Assembly: GCA_963782595.1 (NCBI GenBank) | Contig: CAWAKJ010000003.1 | Span: forward strand, 120,641-184,640 | DNA from: Vicinamibacterales bacterium | GTDB lineage: Bacteria; Acidobacteriota; Vicinamibacteria; Vicinamibacterales; JAMQPK01 | DNA length: 64,000 nt | Reading direction: 5' to 3' | Shown: positions 39,571 through 47,810 of the stretch, in pieces | Layout of the letters: every line of letters begins with the position of its first letter | Numbering within the stretch: position 1 is the first letter of the stretch | Translations under genes and position numbers: made by a program | The notes under the pieces: model-generated | What the model was told of the DNA's origin: nothing | What the model saw: only the letters and a program-made list of their open reading frames with translations | Databases searched by the model: none

Positions 39571-40887
39571 TTATCGAAACGGTTGACCGAAGAACGTGAA
39601 CCCTACCCGTACGCCGCGCTGCGCGGACATGCCAGGGAGGCCGGCCGCCAGGGGTGCGCGTTCGCTGAAATCGTAGGAGTACTGGAAGTATTCGGAATAG
39701 ACCGCGAAGGTACGCGACAACGCCCACCTGATTCTGGCATCGCCGGCATAAGTGCCAAAGTGTTTGGTCCCGCGAACAAGTGCTGATTCGGCGCTTGCAT
39801 ACACGCCCGACGCCGATACATCGACGCGACGGCCAATCACGCCAACCAGCGTGAGCCGCGCGCCGTTTGTCAACATCGGACCGCTGAGCCCTGGCAGGTT
39901 ATCCAGGCTGCGGCTGTAACTCGCCACTGCCCGCCACTTCAGCAGGAACGGGTAATTGACGCTTGCCTCCCCCTGCCATGCATACAGCGGTCGTGCCGTG
40001 GCGGTTGACCCAAGTAGGGTCAGGAACGACTCGGGGTATTCGAACCGGCTTGTCGAGACATTGATGCCAAGCGACACACGGCGCGTCACCGAGAGCGGCG
40101 GTGTGTACTCCACACCAATCGTTGCACGGTGCGATGTCGTCGTGCCCATGCCCATACCGATCTCGCCGCGGCTGTATCCGTAGCCGCCCGATACTGCTGA
40201 TGTCCGTGACAGAGCCCGGGAGAGTGTCGCGCCGACCCCGGACGTCGCGAGGTTTGGAGGCGCCAGGAGCTGCGTCCTGAAGTCCGTGAGGCTGTATTCG
40301 GCCGTCGTCGTCAGACGGGTTTCCCGTGGGGAACCAAACCCGAGCGCCATTCTTGTCTGGTACGAGTACGACTTGTTCTGGCCGATTCGATATTCGGGGT
40401 TGGCCGAAACCGTTTCTCCGGGCTCGAGCGGCACCGTCGCTGAAAGCAGCTGGTAAAAGTAGGAGGGCGCGTACGCGGCCCCTTGAGAGATCTCGAGGTT
40501 CCCTCGCTTCGGCAGGCGGACGTTGGCTCCGGCGTACAGGTTCTGACTCCCCGCGGCCATGCGATCGAGCCGATGGACATACCGGAGGGAACCTGACGCG
40601 GTGCCGAACAACTGCACGCGCCCGCGATCCCATGCGTATTCGCCCGATCCGCCGAGCATCGTGGAGTGCCGGCCAGCCTGCAGGTCATTCACCGGCAATA
40701 GCGGTCGCAGCTCGCTCGGCACGTCGCTCTCGACGGTCTCGGCCATTGTCACCTGCACCTTCAGGTTGTCTCCAACGGTATCGAGACGAGTCGCTCCGAA
40801 CAATCCGCCTGCGACGCCCTGCGCGAGAGCGGGAGTCGCGACTGTCAATGCCCAGAAGACGAGCGCGAATGAAAGACGGGAATCCAT
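39571..40887 (-). CDS. Outer-membrane beta-barrel protein (PEP-CTERM-locus uncharacterised OMP type)
   Basis: Signal peptide 'MDSRLSFALVFWALTVATPALAQG'. Alternating hydrophobic beta-strand pattern rich in Y/G/S/T. C-terminal '...RVGFTFFGQPFR'. Confidence 0.65.
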   Translation of the reverse strand: MDSRLSFALVFWALTVATPALAQGVAGGLFGATRLDTVGDNLKVQVTMAETVESDVPSELRPLLPVNDLQAGRHSTMLGGSGEYAWDRGRVQLFGTASGSLRYVHRLDRMAAGSQNLYAGANVRLPKRGNLEISQGAAYAPSYFYQLLSATVPLEPGETVSANPEYRIGQNKSYSYQTRMALGFGSPRETRLTTTAEYSLTDFRTQLLAPPNLATSGVGATLSRALSRTSAVSGGYGYSRGEIGMGMGTTTSHRATIGVEYTPPLSVTRRVSLGINVSTSRFEYPESFLTLLGSTATARPLYAWQGEASVNYPFLLKWRAVASYSRSLDNLPGLSGPMLTNGARLTLVGVIGRRVDVSASGVYASAESALVRGTKHFGTYAGDARIRWALSRTFAVYSEYFQYSYDFSERAPLAAGLPGMSAQRGVRVGFTFFGQPFR

Positions 40888-40890
40888 GGC

Positions 40891-41526
40891 CTAGCGAACG
40901 AGGATGGTATCGCCCGGGAGCAGCCGGATGTTCTGCTCGAGGTTCTTGCCTTCGACCACATCGTTGTAGTCGAACTTGTAACGTCGCTCTTTACCGTTTT
41001 CGTTGCGGACGATCACGACGTCGCCCTTCTTGGCGCCCTCGAGGAAACCGCCTGCCCCTCCGATTGCCTGCATCACGTTCAACTCGCTCCCGAGCGTGAA
41101 CGACCCGGGCCTGGCAACTTCGCCGATGATGTACACCTTGCGGCTGTTTACGGCCTTCACGATGACGGTTGCCCCGGCGTCCCGTACGAACTTCGTGCCT
41201 ATCTTCGCGATCGACTCGGCGAGCTGTTCCGGCGTCATTCCGGCGGCCGGTACGTCGTTCAGAATCGGCAGCGAGATCTTTCCATCCGGGCGCACCAGCA
41301 CCTCGGCTGACAGTTCCTTGGCGTTCCAGAACACGATGTTCAGGACGTCTTCGGCGCCGATGACGTAGTCCTTGGGCAACGTCGGAGGCTCGAGCGGTTT
41401 TCCAGGGGTCGCTGTCGTGTTGACGCTCTGCGGTGCGGGCGTGGACTGCGCTGCGAGCGGCGCAGACGCCGAGGCGCATAGACACGCAAAGAGGAAGCGG
41501 TAATTCCGCACACTGTTCAGCTTCAT
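40891..41526 (-). CDS. Polysaccharide export protein, Wza-like (Poly_export + SLBB)
   Basis: 'DYVIGAEDVLNIVFWNAKELS...VRPDGKISLPILNDVPAAGMTPEQL' and 'VYIIGEVARPGSF'. The ATG at 41526 is preceded by GGAG 7 nt upstream. Confidence 0.8.
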   Translation of the reverse strand: MKLNSVRNYRFLFACLCASASAPLAAQSTPAPQSVNTTATPGKPLEPPTLPKDYVIGAEDVLNIVFWNAKELSAEVLVRPDGKISLPILNDVPAAGMTPEQLAESIAKIGTKFVRDAGATVIVKAVNSRKVYIIGEVARPGSFTLGSELNVMQAIGGAGGFLEGAKKGDVVIVRNENGKERRYKFDYNDVVEGKNLEQNIRLLPGDTILVR

Positions 41527-41779
41527 TTGGCGCTCCGGCACAAAGCTTCGCCCCGTGACTCACATGCGGAGCCTGGCGACGGCCAGGCGACGGTCCGTTT
41601 GAGTCGTGTTCGGAAAGAGGCGCTTTCACGACTGTTTCCGTTAAAACTGTTTTGAAAGATGGACGATGAGCGGAGGTGTGTCCAGTGGGCACCAGACAAA
41701 TAGGGGCATCGCACACGTGATTGAACTGTTTATCCCAAAGTCGTCCTGTGGCCGCATGCAGACACTAAAGACACGTAAG

Positions 41780-42079
41780 TCACGCAACGCCCGACTTCTT
41801 GAACACGCGCTTCAGGCCAATCGCCTTCGGCAACTTGCCGGTTCGCGATGCGATGGCTTCATCGGTGACGGGCGCGCCGGCGCCCACGCGTGCCTGCTGT
41901 TCGAACTCGAGCGCCGCGGCCGTGCGCACGCGAACCAGCCGCGAGCCGAGCTGGATGGCCTCGAGCGCGCCAGAATCGATGCGTTTGTAGATTTGCTGCC
42001 GGCTGACACCCCAGTACTCAGCGAGTTCGGCGATCGTGACGTAACGGGCCTGATGCGAAGTGAGGTCGCGAATGGGCAT
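41780..42079 (-). CDS. Excisionase-family (MerR-superfamily) helix-turn-helix DNA-binding protein, paralog 1
   Basis: 'YVTIAELAEYWGVSRQQIYKRIDSGALEAIQLGSRLVRVR'. ATG at 42079 with an upstream GGAG. Confidence 0.65.
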   Translation of the reverse strand: MPIRDLTSHQARYVTIAELAEYWGVSRQQIYKRIDSGALEAIQLGSRLVRVRTAAALEFEQQARVGAGAPVTDEAIASRTGKLPKAIGLKRVFKKSGVA

Positions 42080-42221
42080 CGGCGCTCCACACGAAACGTA
42101 CAATTTTGAAATCGACCGACAGATTTGAAATCGATCGGCCGAAAGGCGTATGTAACGTGCGGATGAATGGAGTGTCTAGAGAGTAGCGGCCTTCGTGCGC
42201 TCAAACGCCACTAACGACTCA

Positions 42222-42485
42222 TCAGGCACGACGGCGATCTTTGAGGGCGATCCTTCTTGAACCCATCTGGCTTTCCTCCCGCGTGCCGCGCATGTTGGCG
42301 CTTCGCTCGAACGCGTGCGCATCGGAAGTACGGATCCGCAGGAGGCGTGGACCAAGCCGGATGGCGGGCAAAGTGCCTGCTTCGATCTGTTTGTAAATCT
42401 GTTTTCGGCCAACGAGCCAGTACTGCGCCAGTTCCGCTACGGTGACGTAAGGCTCGGAATGTGACTGAAGGTCCTTTAGCGGCAT
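42222..42485 (-). CDS. Excisionase-family helix-turn-helix DNA-binding protein, paralog 2
   Basis: 'YVTVAELAQYWLVGRKQIYKQIEAGTLPAIRLGPRLLRIR'. Start at Met15 of the track ORF. Confidence 0.65.
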   Translation of the reverse strand: MPLKDLQSHSEPYVTVAELAQYWLVGRKQIYKQIEAGTLPAIRLGPRLLRIRTSDAHAFERSANMRGTREESQMGSRRIALKDRRRA

Positions 42486-42826
42486 ACGACCGACCCCTTG
42501 CAAATTGACCGCGACGTCTTCGTGCACACGAAATGGTCGGGCAATGTCTAGAATCCTACCGTACGAAGGGGCACAGAAGACGGAGAGAAGTGTGCAAAAA
42601 TTTAGCAGCGCCGAAGCGTCGCTGAGTGTACGGTTTTAATGCTGTCCAATGCCCGCGTGATGCTGACAAAGTCAGCCAATCGGATGACTAATGCTCGACC
42701 GTGAGCGGGAGCTGGCAAACTGCGTCAGCACCGCTTGAACAGTTGGTCTGGCCGCCGCGAGCGGGACGAACGCGGCAACGACAACCTTGTGACCGGCCAA
42801 TCGAAAACACACAACTGTGTCGGAAC

Positions 42827-42861
42827 GTAGGGCGGGTCTTGAACTGCAAGACCCGGCCTAC
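42827..42861. repeat. Palindromic repeat, GTAGGGCGGGTCTTG family (intergenic copy, one stem mismatch)
   Basis: gtagggcgggtcttg-aactg-caagacccggcctac. Related copies are at 53339-53373 and 56657-56681. The left flank 'ggaac' is shared with the 56657 copy. Confidence 0.85.
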
Positions 42862-42872
42862 TATTCGATGGC

Positions 42873-42898
42873 AGAACGGCGCCGTTCTCCAGGTTTTT
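42873..42898 (+). terminator. Candidate rho-independent terminator (plus strand)
   Basis: Palindrome AGAACGGCGCCGTTCT (42873-42888), followed by 'ccagg' and TTTTT (42894-42898). No annotated plus-strand gene lies upstream. Confidence 0.35.
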
Positions 42899-43095
42899 AG
42901 AAGGCTACATTTATGTCGTCTAATCCCATGTCATCCTACTGGATTGTTGGACCTTGCAGCGGCCGCAAACGTGCGGCAAGACGGTATATTTGGCGCGGTT
43001 TCTTAACAAAAACGTCGAAAGCGCCTGCACCGGCATCAGTTACCGGATTTGGCGCTGATCTTGATATCGCCAACGTTAGGCATCGTGTTTTCATC

Positions 43096-43104
43096 TGCTA
43101 GAAT
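43096..43104 (+). promoter_or_regulatory. Candidate extended -10 element (TGcTAGAAT) for glnN
   Basis: TGCTAGAAT lies 58 nt upstream of the glnN ATG. The -35 is weak (TTAGGC, 17-nt spacer). This is sequence resemblance only. Confidence 0.25.
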
Positions 43105-43161
43105 GCACGGCCACCCTCGCATTAATACATAACAACGTCGCGCGACTAAGGAGGACGGTAC

Positions 43162-45333
43162 ATGGGCTCAGCGGTACTGAATGAGGCGATCAGCGCGATT
43201 CGCGTCTGGTCTGAAGCGAAGCGGAAAGAGTCGCCCAACGGCAAGGGTTCGTTCGGCAGCCTCGTGTTCGACGACGCCGAGCAGCAGAAACGGCTGCCGA
43301 AGAATGTGTACGAGGCGTTGCGGCGCACGGTGACGCGCGGCGAGTCGCTCGATCCGTCCGGCGCCGACGCTGTCGCTTCGGCGCTGAAGGACTGGGCCAT
43401 CGAGCACGGCGCCACCCATTACACGCACTGGTTCCAGCCGCTCACCGGCATCACCGCGGAGAAGCACGACTCGTTCCTCGCCCCTGTCACCGATGGCCGG
43501 GCTGTCTACGAGTTCTCCGGCAAGGAGCTCGTCAAGGGCGAGCCCGATGCGTCGAGCTTCCCGTCAGGCGGTATGCGCTCGACATTCGAAGCGCGCGGCT
43601 ACACCGCATGGGACCCGACGAGCCCGCCATGGCTGCTGAAGAGCGGTTCGGCGGCGACGCTCGTCATTCCGACGGCGTTCGTCAGCTGGACCGGAGAGGC
43701 GCTGGACAAGAAAACGCCGCTGCTGCGCTCGATGGAAGCGCTCTCGAAGCAGGCTGTCCGGGTGCTGAAGCTCTTCGGGTCGAAGGCCGATCGCGTCATC
43801 ACAACCTGCGGTCCCGAGCAGGAGTATTTCCTCATCGATCTCAACTTCTATCTCTCGCGCCCCGACCTGATCAACGCGGGCCGCACGCTGTTTGGCGCGA
43901 AACCGCCGAAGGGGCAGGAGCTTGAAGACCAGTACTTCGGCGCGATTGCCGAGCGTGCGATGGACTTCATGTCGGAAATCGAGACCGAGCTGTACAAGGT
44001 AGGCGTGCCCGTGAAGACGCGGCACAACGAAGTGGCGCCCAGCCAGTACGAGATTGCGCCTATCTTCGAGAACGCGAACCTGGCCACCGATCATCAGATG
44101 ATGACGATGGAGACGATGCGCCGGACGGCCCCGAAGTTCGGCCTCGCGTGCCTGTTGCACGAGAAGCCGTTTGCCGGCGTCAACGGCTCGGGCAAACACC
44201 TTAACTGGTCGATGAGCGACAGCCTCGGCAACAACCTGCTGAGCCCGGGCAAGAATCCGCACGATAACGCCCAGTTCCTCGTGTTCTGCACTGCGGTGCT
44301 GCGCGCGGTGAACAAGTGGCAGGGGCTCCTGCGGGCGAGCATCGCCAGCGCCGGCAACGATCACCGGCTGGGCGCGAACGAAGCCCCCCCGGCGATCATT
44401 TCGGTGTTCCTGGGCGACATGCTCACGGACATCTTCGAGCAGATCGAAAAGGGCGGCGCGAAGAGCAGCAAGCACGGCGGCGAGCTCGATACCGGCGTCA
44501 TGGTGCTGCCGAAGCTGCCGCGCGACGCGGGCGATCGCAACCGGACGAGCCCGTTTGCGTTCACCGGCAACAAGTTCGAGTTCCGAGCGGTCTCGTCGGG
44601 CCAGAGCATCGCCTATCCGAACATCGCCCTGAACGTGGCGGTGGCCGAGTCGCTCGATTTCATGGCGACCGAGCTCGAGAAGGCGACCAAGGGCGGAAAG
44701 TCGGTCGAGAAGGCCGTGGCCGAGCTGCTGCCCAAGGTGATCAAGGAGAACAAGCGGATCATCTTCAACGGGAACAACTACTCGAAAGAGTGGGAGAAGG
44801 AAGCGGGCAAACGCGGCCTGCTGAACCTGAAGAACACCGTGGATGCGCTTCCGGAGCTCACCACCAAGGAAGTCGTGGGCACGTTCGAGAAGTACAAGGT
44901 GCTCAACGAGCGCGAGCTGCACGCGCGCTACGAGATCATGGTCGAGACCTACAACAAGACCGTCAACGTCGAAGGGCAGTTGATGGTGTTGATGGCCAAT
45001 CGCTACATCCTGCCGGCGGCGCTTGAATATCAGAAGCAGGTCGCGCAGAGTGTGGCCGCGGTGAAGCAGGCCGGCGGCAAGTCGGTCGAGGGAAGGAAAC
45101 TCCTCGACAAGGTGACCAAGCTCACCGACAAGCTGAAGGCTACGACCGACAAGCTCGAGAAGACCCTCGCACACGAGAGCAACGGGTCGGCCGAAAAGCA
45201 CGCGAAGCACTATCGCGACGGCGTGATTCCGGTCATGGCCTCGTTGCGCGAGACGGGCGACGAGCTCGAGTGCCTCGTGCCGCACGAACTGTGGCCGTTT
45301 TCGACGTACCGCGAGATGTTGTTTATCAAGTAA
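43162..45333 (+). CDS. glnN: Glutamine synthetase type III
   Basis: 723 aa. '[21 protein letters not shown]', '[19 protein letters not shown]' and '[18 protein letters not shown]'. Strong RBS: AAGGAGG 7 nt upstream of the ATG. Confidence 0.9.
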   Translation: MGSAVLNEAISAIRVWSEAKRKESPNGKGSFGSLVFDDAEQQKRLPKNVYEALRRTVTRGESLDPSGADAVASALKDWAIEHGATHYTHWFQPLTGITAEKHDSFLAPVTDGRAVYEFSGKELVKGEPDASSFPSGGMRSTFEARGYTAWDPTSPPWLLKSGSAATLVIPTAFVSWTGEALDKKTPLLRSMEALSKQAVRVLKLFGSKADRVITTCGPEQEYFLIDLNFYLSRPDLINAGRTLFGAKPPKGQELEDQYFGAIAERAMDFMSEIETELYKVGVPVKTRHNEVAPSQYEIAPIFENANLATDHQMMTMETMRRTAPKFGLACLLHEKPFAGVNGSGKHLNWSMSDSLGNNLLSPGKNPHDNAQFLVFCTAVLRAVNKWQGLLRASIASAGNDHRLGANEAPPAIISVFLGDMLTDIFEQIEKGGAKSSKHGGELDTGVMVLPKLPRDAGDRNRTSPFAFTGNKFEFRAVSSGQSIAYPNIALNVAVAESLDFMATELEKATKGGKSVEKAVAELLPKVIKENKRIIFNGNNYSKEWEKEAGKRGLLNLKNTVDALPELTTKEVVGTFEKYKVLNERELHARYEIMVETYNKTVNVEGQLMVLMANRYILPAALEYQKQVAQSVAAVKQAGGKSVEGRKLLDKVTKLTDKLKATTDKLEKTLAHESNGSAEKHAKHYRDGVIPVMASLRETGDELECLVPHELWPFSTYREMLFIK

Positions 45334-45430
45334 AACGAAACAGGAGATTAGGAGATCAGGAGGGCCAGGAGAATTCTTTCAAAAAGAGTTCTCCTACTCT
45401 CCTCATCTCCTGCTGAGCGTTTTTCGTTGG
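45332..45430. terminator. Long imperfect hairpin between convergent glnN and phoD (bidirectional terminator-like). Its arms are built of tandem NAGGAGAT octamers.
   Basis: Left arm: caggagat-taggagat-caggaggg-ccaggaga. Right arm: tctcctac-tctcctca-tctcctg. T-runs flank both sides (gcgttttt on plus, tttcgtttt on minus). Confidence 0.6.
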
Positions 45431-45433
45431 CTT

Positions 45434-46972
45434 TTACGTCGGATCGAGATCGACCGTGTAGATAACGTCCCCCGCCAGGTTCCTCAACTCGACCGTCATC
45501 ACCCTCGTTCTTCCTGAGATCCGCACAAGACCGAAGAATTGAAGACCGTCGCTCGGCGGCCTGTTCGGCGGCATTCCGGCCGGCACGCTCGAAAAGCGCA
45601 GCTCGGGCCCGAATGTGCCGTCGAGCTCAGCAGGCCCGAACGTGCCGGCGTTCATCGGCCCGGCGACGAATTCCCAGAACGGATTGAAGTCCTTGAATCG
45701 TGCCCGCTGAGGATCGTAATGATGCGCCGCCGCGTAATGCACATCGCCGGTGACCCAGACGACGTTGCGGATGTTCTGCCGGCGCAGGAATCGGAGCAGG
45801 TCGGCAATCTCGAACTCGCGCCCGAGCGGCGAGCCTCCTTCGCCGTTGGCGATGGCTTCGAACGCGGTTTCGCCGTCGCGAACGACGAGCCCGATCGGGA
45901 GATCGCTCGCAATGACTTTCCACACCGCCGGGGAGGACTGCAGCGCGCGCTTCAGCCACACCATCTGCTGCGCACCCGCGTGAATCGTGTCGCTACCAGG
46001 CGCCGGCTGCCGGTTGGGAGAATTCGGCGACCGGTAAGTGCGCAGATCGAGCGCGAACAGGTCGACGAGCGGTCCGTACGAACACGCTCGATAGATGGGT
46101 GCCGGCTGTCCGGGCGAGCGTCGAATCGGTGAGTATTCGAGAAACGCGCGGCGCGCGTGCGCGGCCAGCACACGCGAGTCCTTCTCCTTGTAGCGATCGT
46201 CGGCCTCGAGGCTCATGCCGGGAAACCAGTTGTTCTTCACCTCGTGATCGTCCCAGAGGACGAGCTGCGGAATCTCGGCGTTGAAGCGGCGGACGTTGTC
46301 GTCGAGCAGGTTGTACACGTAGTTTCCGCGGAACTCGTCCAGCGTCTCCGCCACCTTGGACTTCTCCCTTGTGGTGACGTTCCTCCACACGCGGCCTTCA
46401 GCAAGGGGGATCTCCGGAGGCACGGGCGAGTCGGCGTAGATCGTGTCGCCGCAATGGATGAACAGGTCGGGGCGCGCGCGGCGAATCGTTTCGTACATCC
46501 GCATGCCGCCGAATTCCTTGTTGATGCCCCATCCCTGGCCGACCGTATCGGCCGACCAGGCAAGCGTGACGTCGCGCGGCGCTGCCGGCGCGGAGAGGAA
46601 GCTTCCGGCTGCCGGTGCGCTGAGGTTGCGCGGGTTACTGAGATCTTCGAAGAGCACACGATAGAAAATTCGCTGCCCCCGCGGCAGGCCCGACACGTCG
46701 ACGCGCGCCGTAAAGCCCGCTGACCCGTCCGTCGCCGGGCCTCGCGCGCGCTGCGCGTTCTGAAAGGATTCGGTCGTCGACCATTCGACGAGCATCCGTG
46801 CGGGACGGTCGGTCCGGCCCCAGATGATCGCGCGATCTCGCGTGACATCGCCACTGGCCACGCCATACGGAATGCCGGGCCGGCCCCCGTCCTGCCGCAC
46901 GAAGGCAAAGGCGCCGGCCGCCATCAACGTGGTCGACAGAAACGTCCGACGATCTCGATAGCGGGGATTCAT
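45434..46972 (-). CDS. phoD: PhoD-family alkaline phosphatase/phosphodiesterase with Tat signal
   Basis: Twin-arginine signal 'RDRRTFLSTTLMAAGAFAF'. 'WDDHEVKNNW' and 'WVTGDVHYAAAHHY' are metallophosphatase motifs. Confidence 0.85.
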   Translation of the reverse strand: MNPRYRDRRTFLSTTLMAAGAFAFVRQDGGRPGIPYGVASGDVTRDRAIIWGRTDRPARMLVEWSTTESFQNAQRARGPATDGSAGFTARVDVSGLPRGQRIFYRVLFEDLSNPRNLSAPAAGSFLSAPAAPRDVTLAWSADTVGQGWGINKEFGGMRMYETIRRARPDLFIHCGDTIYADSPVPPEIPLAEGRVWRNVTTREKSKVAETLDEFRGNYVYNLLDDNVRRFNAEIPQLVLWDDHEVKNNWFPGMSLEADDRYKEKDSRVLAAHARRAFLEYSPIRRSPGQPAPIYRACSYGPLVDLFALDLRTYRSPNSPNRQPAPGSDTIHAGAQQMVWLKRALQSSPAVWKVIASDLPIGLVVRDGETAFEAIANGEGGSPLGREFEIADLLRFLRRQNIRNVVWVTGDVHYAAAHHYDPQRARFKDFNPFWEFVAGPMNAGTFGPAELDGTFGPELRFSSVPAGMPPNRPPSDGLQFFGLVRISGRTRVMTVELRNLAGDVIYTVDLDPT

Positions 46973-47043
46973 GCTCGCACTTTAAGGTATAGTCCTCTGC
47001 CATCCAAGCCGTTGAGGGGTTGGAGCCAATCTGGGAGGACCCG

Positions 47044-47430
47044 ATGGACACCCATGTGAAGGTTCTCGCTGTCCTTTACATTGTTTTCGGCGCGCTCGGA
47101 ACTCTGCTGGGGCTCGGCCTGATGGCGCTGCTCAGCTTCATCGGCGTGGCCGGCGCGGCCTCCGATCCCGACGCGTGGATGGCGTTGCCCATTCTGGGCA
47201 TTACCGGGGCCGCCCTCGGTGTGTTCCTGCTCATCCTGTCGTTGCCAGGCGTGATTGCCGGATTCGGCCTGCTGAAATACCGGCCGTGGGCGCGGATTCT
47301 CACCATCGTGCTCTCCGCGCTCAATCTGATGAACATCCCGTTGGGGACGATTATCGGCGTCTACGGCTTGTGGGTGATGCTATCGGACGAAGGCTCGCGA
47401 TTGTTCGCGCGGCCGCCGGTGAGTACCTAG
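47044..47430 (+). CDS. Small integral membrane protein (about 4 TM), function unknown
   Basis: 'VKVLAVLYIVFGALGTLLGLGLMALLSFIGVAG...'. The ATG at 47044 has GGGAGGA 5 nt upstream. The track ORF starts at an upstream TTG (47020). Confidence 0.6.
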   Translation: MDTHVKVLAVLYIVFGALGTLLGLGLMALLSFIGVAGAASDPDAWMALPILGITGAALGVFLLILSLPGVIAGFGLLKYRPWARILTIVLSALNLMNIPLGTIIGVYGLWVMLSDEGSRLFARPPVST

Positions 47431-47486
47431 AAAAACCAACAGGAGATCAGGAGATCAGGAGAAAATTTCCTCTGATCCTCCCCCGG

Positions 47487-47750
47487 GTTCGACGCGGAGG
47501 CGCAGAGGCGCAGAGGAACACAATGGCGTGCGATGCAGCGTGACGGCCCTTTGTGTTGTGCGTCAGTGTGCCTTGTCCGAGGCATCGACGTCGTGGGCCG
47601 CGGACGCGGCCCACGCGTAGAGAAGAAGATCGCCGAGTACAAGAGCCAGGGTCGAGTTGCTCTTGTACTCGGCGATCTTCTTCTCTACGCGCGCCCACGG
47701 CGCGACGTCGATGCAGAGACTCTGTGGTAATGACCAGCGATGTGGGACTC
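47487..47750. repeat. Type-B repeat copy B1 (right end truncated), homologous to 49982-50193
   Basis: It shares 'ttcgacgc(g/a)gag.cgcagag.cgcagag', 'ggcgtgcgatgcagcgtgac', 'ggcatcgacgtcgtgggccgcggacgcggc' and 'gaccagcga.gtgg' with copy B2. Confidence 0.75.
47611..47701. repeat. Type-C insertion: perfect 33-bp-stem hairpin present in B1 and absent from B2
   Basis: The stem 47614-47646 (cgcgtagagaagaagatcgccgagtacaagagc) pairs perfectly with 47659-47691. The loop is cagggtcgagtt. Short direct repeats (cggc / cccacg) flank the segment. Confidence 0.85.
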
Positions 47751-47810
47751 GGATACAGGAAGCAATTCTCCTAACCTCCTAGTCTCCTGTTTATTGTCAA
47801 AGGAGATCAC

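Larger units (their letters stand above)
47437..47791. repeat. Composite element: type-A inverted arms (AGGAGAT octamers) bracketing ~300 nt that contain elements B1 and C
   Basis: Left arm: aacaggagatcaggagatcaggagaaaatt (47437-47466). The reverse complement of the right arm (47764-47791) is aacaggagactaggaggttaggagaatt. Confidence 0.7.

Noticed and set aside
41560-41600. Sigma-54 (-24/-12) promoter upstream of wza, expected for a PrsR-controlled locus
   Set aside because: The only GG-N10-GC candidate (cTGGCcgtcgccagGCt) lacks the TGGCAC/TTGC consensus and is better read as a 7-bp hairpin, GCCTGGC/GCCAGGC. Other TGGCAC hits (3011, 12801, 15441, 56791, 58091) are inside CDSs with wrong spacing.
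41780-42485. Prophage or integrative element suggested by the two excisionase-family HTH genes
   Set aside because: There is no integrase, no phage structural or replication genes, no tRNA target and no att-like direct repeats in the neighbourhood. The genes are co-oriented with the EPS export operon.
42701-43006. 101-aa ORF, plus the 62-aa ORF 42913-43101, in the HTH-glnN intergenic region
   Set aside because: The first reads straight through the palindromic repeat ('VGRVLNCKTRPT') and the terminator-like hairpin. Neither has an RBS or recognisable features, so I treat the region as non-coding.
43564-45285. 573-aa ORF antisense to glnN
   Set aside because: It is an Arg/His/Leu-rich shadow frame typical of high-GC DNA. 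It lies entirely opposite a strongly recognisable GSIII gene and has no recognisable motifs.
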